Positions 15,756-28,022 of a DNA stretch of 64,000 nucleotides are shown one piece after another; within the stretch, counting starts at the first letter, position 1; each line of letters starts with the position of its first letter. The stretch is taken from the NCBI RefSeq assembly GCF_009914755.1, contig NC_060938.1; one strand, 5' to 3'. The notes beneath the pieces are model-generated. The model saw only the letters and a list, made by a program, of their open reading frames with translations. It made no database searches and had not been told where the DNA came from. A program made the position numbers and the translations under genes. The stretch comes from the human T2T-CHM13v2.0 reference genome, Homo sapiens.

Positions 15756-17864
15756 TAATTGTTTTTGCTTATCCTGGCCATTCTCCTGCTAACCAATTTA
15801 TATTATTATTTTGATTATAATTGTATTAGCTCCCATTCTGAGCCAGATGCCATCAGCTTATAAATAGCATGTATTGTCAGAGACACTTAACTGAGAAGAC
15901 AAATGATTCCCATTTAGGATGGGAATTTTTGTGCAATTGACAGGGAGCATTAACCCTTTGATTACCATAAGCCTATAGACACATAGGTACCCCCAAATGT
16001 TGGAGGAATGGCACAAGCTAGCAAACCAAACACTGTCAAATCATGGGAGCTTAAGACCCTGGAAGAAAGTGCCCAGGAGATGGACTCTTAGTTTTAAGAA
16101 AAGTTAAATAAGTGTAACATTTTTGGTGGTCCTTTTCTTCACTTGAGCAGAATGACAATATTTTACTAGTCCACCAAGAAAGAAATCGAGATTTAAACCA
16201 ACTTCTCACCTTTTGTGCAAGGCCTAACCTCAGTAGCTATTAAAAATAAATGGGATTTAAATAGATGCAGAAGCACCTATTTAATTTTTAATTTCACGCT
16301 CTTGTATTTTGCAGAGCAATTTTAGGTCAGCTTGTGAGGGCTGGTTGAGGGGAAAACAGCCCTAAGAGACAGCTGGGAGAGAAACAGGTTTTCAAGTGCA
16401 AGACAAAGTCGTTAGCTCAGGGTTCAGCTGTTACCAACTCTGCAAGTGACCTCAGCTCAATATCCTTATCTTGAAAATGGAAATGATAATGCTTACTATG
16501 TCTTTATGAGATGTGATGGTATCCATGATTGGTGGCTTTGAGCTGAAAGTTTGAGGGTGGAACTTCTCTTTTCTTCCCTAGGGGTCTCCATGTTTGTAGG
16601 TCAAAGTTCCAGGTACAGGGAAGGCATTGGCTTTGCTCTGTCCTGTGTCTGTGCCTTTGTTACACATGGTGACCAGGACAGTCAGCCACAGTGTCCAGTT
16701 ACCCTGGGTCATCTCATTGAAGAGCCAAGGAGAGGCAAATGTCATTCTTCCACATCCTGCTATTCACCTGGGATCACCAGCCTCTCTGTTGCCTTCTCCC
16801 TGTCACCCAGGGCGAGTGACTTGTGGGGACGGCTCTGTGGAACCCTTCTCTCTCTTGCTGTCATGTGCAATTTGTTTCACCAGTAACTCAGGTGGATAGT
16901 AATTTTTCAATCACAGCTTATCTCACACCCTTTACTTTATTTTCTGGGTCCTGCTTACTGAGTCTTTACCACACACCATGCATTCATGCTTAGCCTTTGC
17001 TTATGTTGTCTTCTTTTTAAATGGAGAGAACTGTGGACAAGAGAGGTTACGTGAGCGCCCCAGACTGGACAGCTGTTCAGTGGTGGGCCTGCCTGCCTCG
17101 GGAGCCCTGAGGGCCTCACCCTCTGTTTCTCATGCCTTCCTGGCACAGTTGTCTTCCAACTGTTCTCTCCACCCCGGCCCTCCCGCAGGCTGCCACCAGA
17201 TGCATCTCCACACACTGCCGTTCTGATCGGATTTCCGCCTCAAAAACTGCCCATTGTTTTATAACACACCAGCCCTCTACAAGTTGACCTTGTGAGTTTT
17301 TGTCCCTCCTGCTTTCCCAAAACCAGTTCTCAGATACAGCCCCATGTTCTGTGGCCTAGTTCCTACATACAACTTGTGCCTTTGCACAGTACCTTTCCTC
17401 TACTTGAAACAGCCTCTCTTCACCTCCATCTCCCAATCTCCAAGCCATCCTCGAGGGCCGAGCACAAATTCTGGGTCTCTGATGCCTTCTAGGACTGGCC
17501 CAACTCGAAGCCATTTCTCTCCCCTTGGAGTTTAGGGGGTACTTATCATAGAATCGCTCAGATGGCATGATATGTGAGGCCTGGCAGTGAACTTATTTTC
17601 TATTTGTCAAGATCCCCTAAAAGGATCTTGGAGTTTACAGGTGAGAAAGCCACAGAGGGGTTAATGACAGTATTGGGACCAGCGTCCAGTTTCCCCAAAT
17701 GCCAGACTGGTGATTTTTTCTACTGTAGCTTTCTATCTCTGTCCTTACTTGGGCAAAGACTACATCCTGTCTGTATTTATTTGTATTAGCTAGTGGATAT
17801 TCAATAAACATTTGTAGAAACCAAGGAAAAGAAAGAAGATAGGAAGGAAAAAAAATGCTAGTTA

Positions 17865-18100
17865 ACACCTATGTGGCACTTACTGTTTTAATTTAATCCC
17901 CCTTCTGGTTTTCTTCCTATAACATCCTTATGACATAGATACTATTCTCATCATCTCTATTTTACAGGTGAGGAGACCGAGGCAAGAGAGGTTAAGTAAC
18001 TTGCCTAAAGTCACAAAGCTGGTGAGTGACACAGTTGGGTGTGAAGCCAGGGAGTCTGACTCCTGAGTCCATGTTCTTCTCTCTCCACCATATCACTCTG
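17865..18100 (-). mobile_element. MIR
   Basis: attttacaggtgaggagaccgaggcaagagaggttaagtaacttgcctaaagtcaca reverse core. Confidence 0.88.
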
Positions 18101-18621
18101 CAGGGTCAAGAAGGAATGACAGACAGGGAACTCTGAAATGTTCACAAAGAAGGCTGAACCTCCAATCAGTGCCCGAGGCCATAGAGCAGAGGACATTTAG
18201 GTTAGGCTACCATGCTTTATCTTCCTTTAATTTAAATTGAGGAGAAATACCACCATTAAGCCATTCGTGGGAGAAGGAGGCGCAGCCACAGGGCTGTGGA
18301 GTCAGTAGCTACAGCTTGGATCATCATGAAGCTCTCTGAACCCTTGACCCACATTTTCTCCCTTACATCCTACTCATTAGAGGAGACATAGCTAAGGTAC
18401 TGTTCAGTGGTTCACATGCCCCAGCCTGGAGCCCGTTAGAGAAGGGGAAGCTGCTGCTGTCCTCCTTGGAGGCTCTCCCTGAGCACCTGCTTTCCACGGA
18501 ATGCTCAGGAAAGAAAAAAGTCACAGGGTTGAAATGTGTACCGAATGTGTCAAGTTTGGCTGAAACAAGCTGATAAAGAATATTTAAGGAGAGCTTTATT
18601 TTTAGAAGCAACGCTTCTTTC

Positions 18622-18802
18622 TTTTTTTTTTTTTTTTTTTTTTTTAGAGAGAGACAGGATCGCACTCTGTTGCCCAGGCTGGCTGGAGTGCAGTGGTGCG
18701 ATCATCGCTCACTGCAGCCCTGAACTCCTAGGCTCAAGCAGTCCTCCTGCCTCAGCCTCCCAAGTAGCTAGGACCACAGGCGTGCACCACTACGCCCGGC
18801 TA
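18622..18802 (-). mobile_element. FRAM or 5'-truncated AluJ monomer
   Basis: Right-arm monomer with poly-T and AluJ-type ggctcaagcagtcctcc. Confidence 0.85.
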
Positions 18803-19639
18803 GCACTCCTTTCTTTAGTCCACTGTTAGTGTTGGTTTTTAACTAGGCCCCCACTAGGTATTGCTGTTCCTGCCTATAATTAGCACCTCTTTTCTCTCAC
18901 ACACAGAAAAGTCTGTCTTAAACATATTGTGAGCTTCAGAGCATGTTAAAGAAAGTTGTCTGTCGCTTAGTAGCATGGAAAGATGACGTTGCCAGCATGC
19001 AGGGAACGCTTTGCACCAAGAATCCCGGAGTGAATCGAATAATATTCCAGATTCTATGAATCAGAGCTGAATCATGTTTAAGTGTATGCTGCGTTTTGAG
19101 GGATTCCCTTCTGCCCCCCCAGCCCCCTGGGGTGAAAAGCACTGCTTTTCCTGTGTAAAGAAAAAACGTTCACACCCAGACCAGTGAAATGTTTTTGTGG
19201 CCACGTTGTGAACGCACTGAGTGTTTGTTGTGGCCCAACTAAGACAACTTTATAGATTAATGAAGAGTGATGTATCCTTTCTTCCGAACAGAACATTTAG
19301 TTCTCACTCTGCCTGTCTGACCCCAAGCAAGTCTGTCTGGCCCCATCCCTCATTCCCCGCCCCCATCTGCACCACCCTCTTGTAAATCTCTTAGTACATT
19401 TTTGTGATCGCCGTCCAGTCTGTTCCTAGGCATTAAGGACTCTCTGAGCTTTGTGAAAGTAGGTTACCGTTCATCTGGTTTCTTGGAAGAAATGTGCATG
19501 TGTAAGGGTAGCTTTTCACATAAAAGACCAAAACCACGAAATCCAGGAAGCCAAGAATGAATGGGCCCAGGTGACTTGCCTTTCTTAACTCTTACAGAAA
19601 GCGAAGCTCCTTCAGGGCTAAGAAAGGCATTGCTGTGTA

Positions 19640-19870
19640 GAGGACGGAGCCAGACGAAGCCTGGGGGAGGCAGAACTGGGTTCAAGCCTCAGCATTATGT
19701 TTTACCAGCTTTTGACCTCGGCCAAATGACTTAACTTTTCTGAATCACAATTCCCATCTGTAAAATAAGGATAATAAAGCCTGGCTTGTAGGCTTATTGA
19801 AAGAATTACAAATATAGGATATAAAGTGCCTAGCACGTGGTATGTGATTGATGGTAGCTGTTGTTATTGC
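19640..19870 (+). mobile_element. MIR
   Basis: ctgggttcaagcctcagc...gacttaac...catctgtaaaataaggataataa...aaagtgcctagcac. Confidence 0.8.
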
Positions 19871-20449
19871 TGCAATTGTTGTCTTCATATCATTGTTACC
19901 ACCTCTACAAGTAGCTCTTGTATGTGGAGGGAACAGAGGAGAACTTAACTGCTGTTGCCTCCCATGCTCATAAGACATAGCTTTGACCTTCAAGACTACC
20001 TGCATTCCTTACCAATAGCAGCTAAAATTGCTCCTAAAACAACAAAAGTAAATATGAACATTGCAGCCACATAGAGATGAACACAAAGAAGGAAGTGTTC
20101 CTCATTCCAGCAGGAGATCCCTTAGCTGAGTGAATTCTTTTTCCCCTCCTTCCACCGATAAATATTGACAGGCACCCACCGAGGATGTGCAGAGCTCAGG
20201 CGTGGCTGAGGGGACCCAAGTTGAATCAGACATGGATTCTGTCTTCAAGAAGCTTACCATCTGCCAGGAAAGATGAAAAATGAAAGATAAGTGTGGCGAA
20301 AGTGAGGCAGAAAATGGTTAGATCGTAAGAGAAAGATCACTGAAGGGCTCTGGAACTTGGAAGGAAAAAGTAATTTTAGCTGGAGTTGGGACATGGGAGT
20401 TTTATGGAAGAGGCAGCCCAGCCCAGCAGCATCACTGTTAGGGACACAG

Positions 20450-20650
20450 ATTCTGGGGTTTGAACCTTGGCTTTACTACTTATTTGTTGTGGCTTCTTGT
20501 GCAAGCTAGGTCCCATCTCCATGCTTCTGCTTCCTCATCTTTGAAATCTGGATAATAATAGTACCTAGGGGTGTTGTAAGGATTAAGTGAGATATGGAAA
20601 GTGCTTAGAACAGCACCTAGTGAGTGCAATGGGAGTGATTGTTAAATGAG
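20450..20650 (+). mobile_element. MIR
   Basis: ttcctcatctttgaaatctggataataatagtacct...gttgtaaggattaagtgaga...aagtgcttagaacag. Confidence 0.8.
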
Positions 20651-21276
20651 TTTGTCAAAGGACAGGTATAGATTTGGCCTTCAAGGAGAGGTGGGCAGTG
20701 TTTGTCCAGGAGGAAGCACAGCCAAGGCAGAGGCTGGGCTGAGTGAGGCACAGGGTTAGAGAAGGTGAGAGGTGCAGAGGGCAGCTTGGGACAAGTGTCA
20801 GGCCTAGAATCTTGGACTTTACTGAACACGTGGAACGAACTCAGTCTTCCAGAATTCTGTAGTGGGTGTGTGTGAAGCCTGAATCTGAACCTGTCTCAGA
20901 GTAGGTTTCTACATCTCAGTGCCAGTGAATGTGGCAATGAACCAGCTGCCAGCAGGCATGAAATCAAAGCTTGGATTATCAGGGCTCAACGCATAGGCCT
21001 GAATTGACACCTCAGGGAAGAGGTGCGACAGGGCCCTAGCAGGAAGCTGAACTTTGGGGCAAGAGAAGGGGTGGTGCTGCAGAGGCATTGGGGTGGGGGC
21101 AGGAATGGAGAGTAGTGTTAGGGGGAGATTGGGAGATGGGGAGAAGGAAAATGTCACACCATTACCCCCATCTACTGCTTCCTTTTCTGTTTATAGTGTT
21201 TTTTTTTTTTTTTTTTCTTCAGGGTATAGTCAGCCATTCTGCTTTGGAATTTGTTTTTGTTTTTAATTTAAATTTA

Positions 21277-21400
21277 TTTTTTTTTGAGATGGGGTCTTGC
21301 CTTGTTGCCCAGGCTGGACTGGAACCCCTGGGTTCAAGCGATTCTCCCACTTCAGCTTTTGGAGTAGCTGGGAGTACGGGCATATGCCACCACATCCAGC
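21277..21400 (-). mobile_element. FLAM Alu monomer
   Basis: About 125-bp left-arm monomer in reverse. Confidence 0.8.
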
Positions 21401-23644
21401 TGTTTTTTTTGTGTTTTTTTCCCTCTTTTAAATTTTTTCGAGCCTTGGGATGCCTGTCAGCCACTTAAATGCAGTCATCTTTACTCTTCCTAAGCGCAGA
21501 AGGGTGTACGAGGGTGGAGGGAAGGTGGGAAGATTAAAACCAACCGTGGGAGACTATTTTCAGTCATCTGCAGACGTCTCACTTTGTCATGATGTGGAAT
21601 CTGTCACTCTCTGCCTCCTCTTCTACCTATCTATAGCTGGAATTCCGTAAGACTTCAGAAAAGGCTGACTAAGGTTCACAGGGCCCCTGAGAGGGTGCCC
21701 TGTCATCCTGGGATTTGTTTTCCAAATTAAAAATTGGAGGATTTGAACACTAGGTTTGATCTGCTTTTAACTTTAGCTGCATAAAGGTTATCATGAATTT
21801 TTTTTAAATCTAACTTATTAGACAAGAATAGTATTATTTTTTAAGGGTTATAAGGATGTAGGGCAATTTCTAAGACCACATGTAAGTCATTTAAAATTCT
21901 TTTTGGTACAAGGTAGCATGTAAATAAGTCTATGTATGTACTAAATCAAGATCAATTACCATAAAATGTCTGTCTGTAACATGGGAACAATGAAATGATG
22001 AAGTGCAACTGTAAAGTAATTTGTTGCTCTGAAACCAGCTATGCATCTTCCCACGAAGTGACTAAGAGTGAAATATCACCGTGTTAACAGTTAGGAGAGT
22101 GATTTTCTGGCCCAAGATACATTTTGCCGGCATTAGAGACTCACCGGAAGAGATCTTGAATGATCTCCAGAGAGGTACCTGGGACCCTTTCTCGAAGGTT
22201 ACCTTGCAGGCTTGGAAGGTAGACAAGCATATTTGTAAATGATGGGAAGTATTTGCTGATTTGGGCTTTAAAGGAATTTCCAGTGGCTCTTTTCCAGAGC
22301 ACTATAATCCATGCTTGGAAACTATTCTTTATCCATCATATCCTTGCTGAAGAGTAAAGTTTGCCCCACAGCTGTCTGACAGCCAAGTCACCCCAATTTC
22401 AATGGGAGCAGCACATGTTTGTCCAGAGCTAGAATTTGGCTCTTTCACGCTCAGGCCTAAAGGGCCTGTTTAATATATTATGTAAGAAAGAATGAGATCA
22501 TATAAATAGTCCTGGCTCCTACCTTGCACCAAAAGTCATCCTTATTTGGTGCTTCCAAAGTTAGAAAACAATACAGGCAATAAAAACATTCTCAGGATCA
22601 TGAATAAATAATGGCTACCTTGTACTCAACCATGGGTTTTGTGACGGCAGCGTCAGCATAGCGGGCTGCCTGCTGCTTTTAGCACTGGAAATTTGGACTG
22701 GTTTCATTTAACCTCTCAGCTGCTTAGAAGGAACACTCTGGAAGTCCACTGAATTCTCACCTGCTTTCGGGATGCCCAGGCATCACTGGGACAAAGCTGT
22801 CTACCGAAGCCCTGGGTCCTGTGGGCAGGGGTGGGAGGGCTCTGCAGCCCTTAGGAGGGAGCAGCAGCCCAGCCCCAGCAGGCCATCTACAGGGCCTTAG
22901 GCAGCTGAGTCTAAGAAGAGAGAGCCTAGCACTTCTTCCGGTCATCTTATTGACTGAGCTGAAGGGAGATCAAATTTCGGTCTTCTGTCTGTGTAAATAG
23001 TAATGGCTATCGCTCTTAAACTTCAGACCTCAGCTCATGGATCTGGATTGGTTTATTTTTGAGAGCTGAACTCTGGAGGCCACTCTTCCCTACTTTCTGA
23101 AGCGTTTGATGCCTCTATCTGAGCATGGAACCTACTCTGAGTCATCAGACGCCACGCTTAGGGCACATAGAATTAAGTCGGGGGAGTGATGAAAATTCAT
23201 TCACTTCTCTCCTCTGGGACCTAAATCCATTTTAGCATTCCACTTGAATCCAACAAGGAATGCCAAAATATTAAAGTGTGGCATTCTCATTCTTTTCTCT
23301 GGAAAGAAGTGTTTATGCAAAGGAGGCCTAGGTCCCTGCAGAGTCGGCAAGAAGCCTGGCAAGAGGTTTGTCTCATTTAAGCAGTAAATATATTCAGTGG
23401 CAGCAGAGATACTGCCAAGTAAGTTTATTCCATTTTTAGGGAGGGAAGGGCAGGAGTTTTGCTGCTCCTTTAAGTTGCTTTTTGCTTTTAAATTTTTTGC
23501 ATGAGGTTCTCTAAAAAAGTAAGACTGTAAAAGCAGCTTGTTCAAAACTTGACCTCTTTGGCATGCCCAAGAATTTGTGAAACAAAAGAGAAGGCAATGG
23601 ATAATTGATTCTGTTCTCTAAAGGCCCTTCTGACACTGGTCAGG

Positions 23645-23725
23645 TACTGGTGTGGTTTCTACTGGTGTAGAAACTGGTGTAGATACTGGTGTAGATACTG
23701 GTGTGGTTTCTACTGGTGTGGTTTC
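23645..23725. repeat. Mixed 15/12-bp minisatellite (TACTGGTGTGGTTTC / WACTGGTGTAGA)
   Basis: Unit order 15-12-12-12-15-15 read directly. Confidence 0.95.
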
Positions 23726-23913
23726 TACCATGCAGGCGTTTAGTCTCTGCCAGCAGGAGGACACAGATGGTGTCTACCTTTCTACAGATGTCTTTAAATG
23801 TCAAAGACATGAGAAGAGAATCTATTGACATTCTTATCATTGTGACAATGTGGTAGATCCCTTAGCATTACCTATGCCCTAAATGATACTCAAATAAGTG
23901 GGCTAGGGAAAGA

Positions 23914-24231
<318 letters not shown>

Positions 24232-24246
24232 TAAAAGAAAGCAGAA

Positions 24247-24590
<344 letters not shown>

Positions 24591-25530
24591 TTATTTTATG
24601 ACCAACAAGTCACAGAACCTTTGAAATTTTTGCTTGAGAGTCAAACTTTAAACTTATTCCTTAGCTATGCTTTAGGTCTGACTAAGCAATAGTGTAAGGA
24701 CATGAGAAACAATGTTGCAGCAGGGGAGAGCTTCAAAGTCTTTACTTTGTTACTAAATGTGAGATTTAGGAACTGTGTGATTTAATTGAAGTGATTGCTT
24801 CTGGTAGAATTCAATAGAGTTGTCATATCAAATTAAGTTTTATCGAGTTTCACCAGATAGGGATATTCACTAGCCTGAATACCAACACAGTATGTGCTCA
24901 CCACATTTTTGAAAGTGAGGCGAGAGTCACCCTGCAGTACAAATGAGCTTGCCATAATTGGCCTGTTTTAATACTCTGTGGTTATGGGGACATCAGAGCT
25001 CCCATGAACAAGTGAGAGGTTTGTTAGGAAGATCTCACGGTAGAGAGTCCTTGCTCGTGAGGTTTGGAAAACTCAGTTCTTCAGTCAGTGTCTTGCACAG
25101 GCACAAACCTTAGCCTAAATATAGAAGGCTAAAAAAGAATCCTTCCACGGGAGGGCTCCCTTAAATTAGCTCAGTTAATCTATTCATCTGTGTGTGCTGA
25201 CTCGTGCCTAAACATTAGAGGCCAAATCCAAAAAAAGAAAAAGCAAGGCCGCGACTCAATACTAAGAAAGATGGAGAACAACTGAGTATGATCCTGTACA
25301 AAGGAGCCCCTGAATACCACAGCAGCTCCATGTTCGATCTGAGATGTACTGGCTCCTGACAGTCACCCTAACTACTTCACCTCTCATTTTGGTATTAAAA
25401 GTGCCTTTGGCGTATTCAGATATCTCCATTTTTCATGGTTGTACTCAGTTTTCAAATCATCCTATGGTATTGGTTTCAAACAAGATCAGAAGTTCTAAAA
25501 AGATGTTAACCATTTTATGCTTTTAGTACT

Positions 25531-25851
25531 TTCTTTTCTTTTCTTTTTTCTTTTCTTTTCTTTGAGACAGAGTCTTGCTCTATCACCCAGGCTGGAGTGC
25601 AGTGGCACAATCTTGCTTGGCTCACTGTAACCTCCGCCTCCCAAGTTCAAGCGATTCTCCTGCCTCAGTCTCCTGAGTAGCTGGGGCTACAGGCACGAGC
25701 CACCACACCCAGCTAATTTTTTTTTTTTTATTTCTAGTAAAGACAGGGTTTCACCATGTTGGCAAGGCTGGTCTCAAACTCCTGACCTCAGGTGTTCCAC
25801 CCGCCTCAGCCTCCCAGAGTGCTGGGATTACAGGCGTGAACCACTGTGCCT
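25531..25851 (-). mobile_element. AluSx-like
   Basis: Reverse dimer; TSD tgcttttagt(a/t)cttt; (TTTTC)n tail. Confidence 0.94.
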
Positions 25852-27129
25852 ATTCTGCTTTTAGTTCTTTCAGTATATTTCCACCTTGCCAGGAAATTGC
25901 TAGCCTTCTAATATTGCTGATTTCTTTATTTAGTAGGTGGTCCAGGATGACAATGCTTTAGGCCTTCATCTCATAAACACAGTAAGCAATTCTCAAGAAC
26001 GTGTAGGGTTAAAGAGATTTGGACTCCAATTTCCAAAACCGAAATGGCAGCAGGGAACATGACAGGATGCAGAAGAGATCCTCGCAGTCTAGAGCCTTGC
26101 ATTATGCATTTTGCTTCCCACTGAAGCCAGAGATCCATTTTTATAGTCAGGTTTGTTGTTCCTGCTGAAACACGGCACATGCTCTGCCTGAATTCTGGCC
26201 ATGTGTTTCCGTCGTTTAGTTATCTAACTTGTTATCTCCTGACTTCCCATTTCTCTGTGAAAGTCAGGTGGTGTAAGACACCCAAAGAAGAAAATCAGGA
26301 AAGGAGAAGGTGTTTGGAAGTGGTTCAGAGGTAGTGTTCTCTGTGTTAAGGGGGCTGTGGGACTGTCCTTGAAAAGCTATTTTTGATCCTAGCAGTTTTA
26401 CTACACTTTGTAATGTTTGGGCAACCAAATTGGTCATGGTGTTAGAATCCTTATAATTGGGTGGATCTATGTTATTTTGCTATCTTCAGAGAAATGAATT
26501 TTATGAATATTTCTGTTTTAAAAGAACAAAACAGCAGCAAAAACCAATCCCTATTACCCTAACTCCTCCACGCACATAGTATTCTAATGTGGTTTATTCC
26601 TGAAACTGACTCATTCAGCTTTCTCCTGGAAGTTGTCAGAATGTACGCCTGGTTAATGGAGAAAATCAGTGCACTGCCCAGGCTGCACAATGCCATGACT
26701 CATTCCTGGCATTTCAGAGGCTTTGTAATGGAAATCGTAGTTCCAAGCTACGGTTCTTACCAAGTGGATATGTGAATGTTAATGAAACAAAGCAAAAGTC
26801 TCCGAGGATCCTGCATAACTCTCACCATAGATGTGGTGTTTGCTTGATGAAATGAAGATTTTTGTGGGGCAGATTGTTCCTCTCCATAACCCACACATTC
26901 TCGAATACCACAATATTGTTTTAATTAGTCTTATAAAACATAGTAAAATATTTGGCTTTGAAGAAAGAGGAACATTCTCTCCTATGTTGGAATTGTTTGG
27001 TTAAAAGGGCATTTTTTTCTATTGAATTAGTCTTTTGGGGTTTACACTAGTATCTGAATCCTTTCTAAATAGCTTCTAATGTTCTTCAGCAATTTGCATT
27101 CATTCATTCTGTCTGTCTGTCTATCAATC

Positions 27130-27600
27130 GTAAAGGAAAAGAAATATCTTTCTTTCCCAACACTAGGTTCGTGGCTGAGGCTCCTACAACAAAAGACAGA
27201 TTTTAACAAGAGAAAAGCATACAAATTAATTCAAATATAAGTTTTGCATGACATGGGAGGCTTCAGAAAAGAAGACCCAAAGAAACAGAGAAATCTGCAT
27301 ATTTTATGCTTAGGTTTGATAAAGAATGCACAGTTGTGCAGAAGTATGATTGGGGGACAAAAGGATGTGATCTAATGGTAATAAACTTAAGGGAGTTTAG
27401 CAAGGCCTGTTTGTTCAGATTCTTCTTGGCATCTCTGTGTCGTTAAAAATAAGGATGTTCCTTTCCTCCAGGTACAGGGAGGGTACCTCTAGAATGAAGG
27501 TTTTATGACCTGCCTCAGGGGAGAAGGGAGGAGAATTTAAAAGTGACCTTCCTAATTCTGCTGTTTTCTCTAATACCAATGTGTCGTATTTTGGGCAGTC
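27130..27600 (-). mobile_element. ERV1 solo LTR, MER34/MER39-family-like
   Basis: aacaagagaaaagcatacaaatt...atgacatgggag..ttcagaaa.gaagacccaaaga and terminal gtattttggg resemble this family in reverse. Confidence 0.55.
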
Positions 27601-27604
27601 ACCA

Positions 27605-27606
<2 letters not shown>

Positions 27607-27690
<84 letters not shown>
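27607..27690. repeat. (TG)42 perfect microsatellite
   Basis: 84 bp uninterrupted. Confidence 0.98.
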
Positions 27691-27693
<3 letters not shown>

Positions 27694-27728
27694 GTCAGGT
27701 GGGGAGGGGTATGGAATATATGATCTTT

Positions 27729-28022
27729 TTTTTTTTTTTTTGAGACGGAGTCTCGCTCTTTCGCCCAGGCCGGAGTGCAGCGGCGCGATCACGGCTCACT
27801 GCAAGCTCCGCCTCCCGGGTTCACGCCATTCTCCTGCCTCAGCCTCCTGAGTAGCTGGGACTACAGGCGCCCGCCATCGCTTCCGGCTAATTTTTTGCAT
27901 TTTTAGTAGAGACGGGGTTTCACCGTGTTAGCCAGGATGGTCTCGATCTCCTGACCTCGTGATCCGCCCGCCTCGGCCTCCCAAAGTGCTGGGATTACAG
28001 GCGTGAGCCACCGCGCCCGGCC
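27729..28022 (-). mobile_element. Young AluY (AluYe-like)
   Basis: Near-consensus with more than 20 intact CpGs; + strand CTCCGGCCTGGGCGAAAGAGCG; TSD tgatcttt. Confidence 0.93.

Noticed and set aside
23645-23725. CRISPR-like or coding repeat (RNHTS/IYTS)
   Set aside because: No unique spacers, eukaryotic intron; a simple minisatellite
27415-27850. ORFs with HT/CV dipeptide repeats
   Set aside because: Translations of the (TG)42 microsatellite
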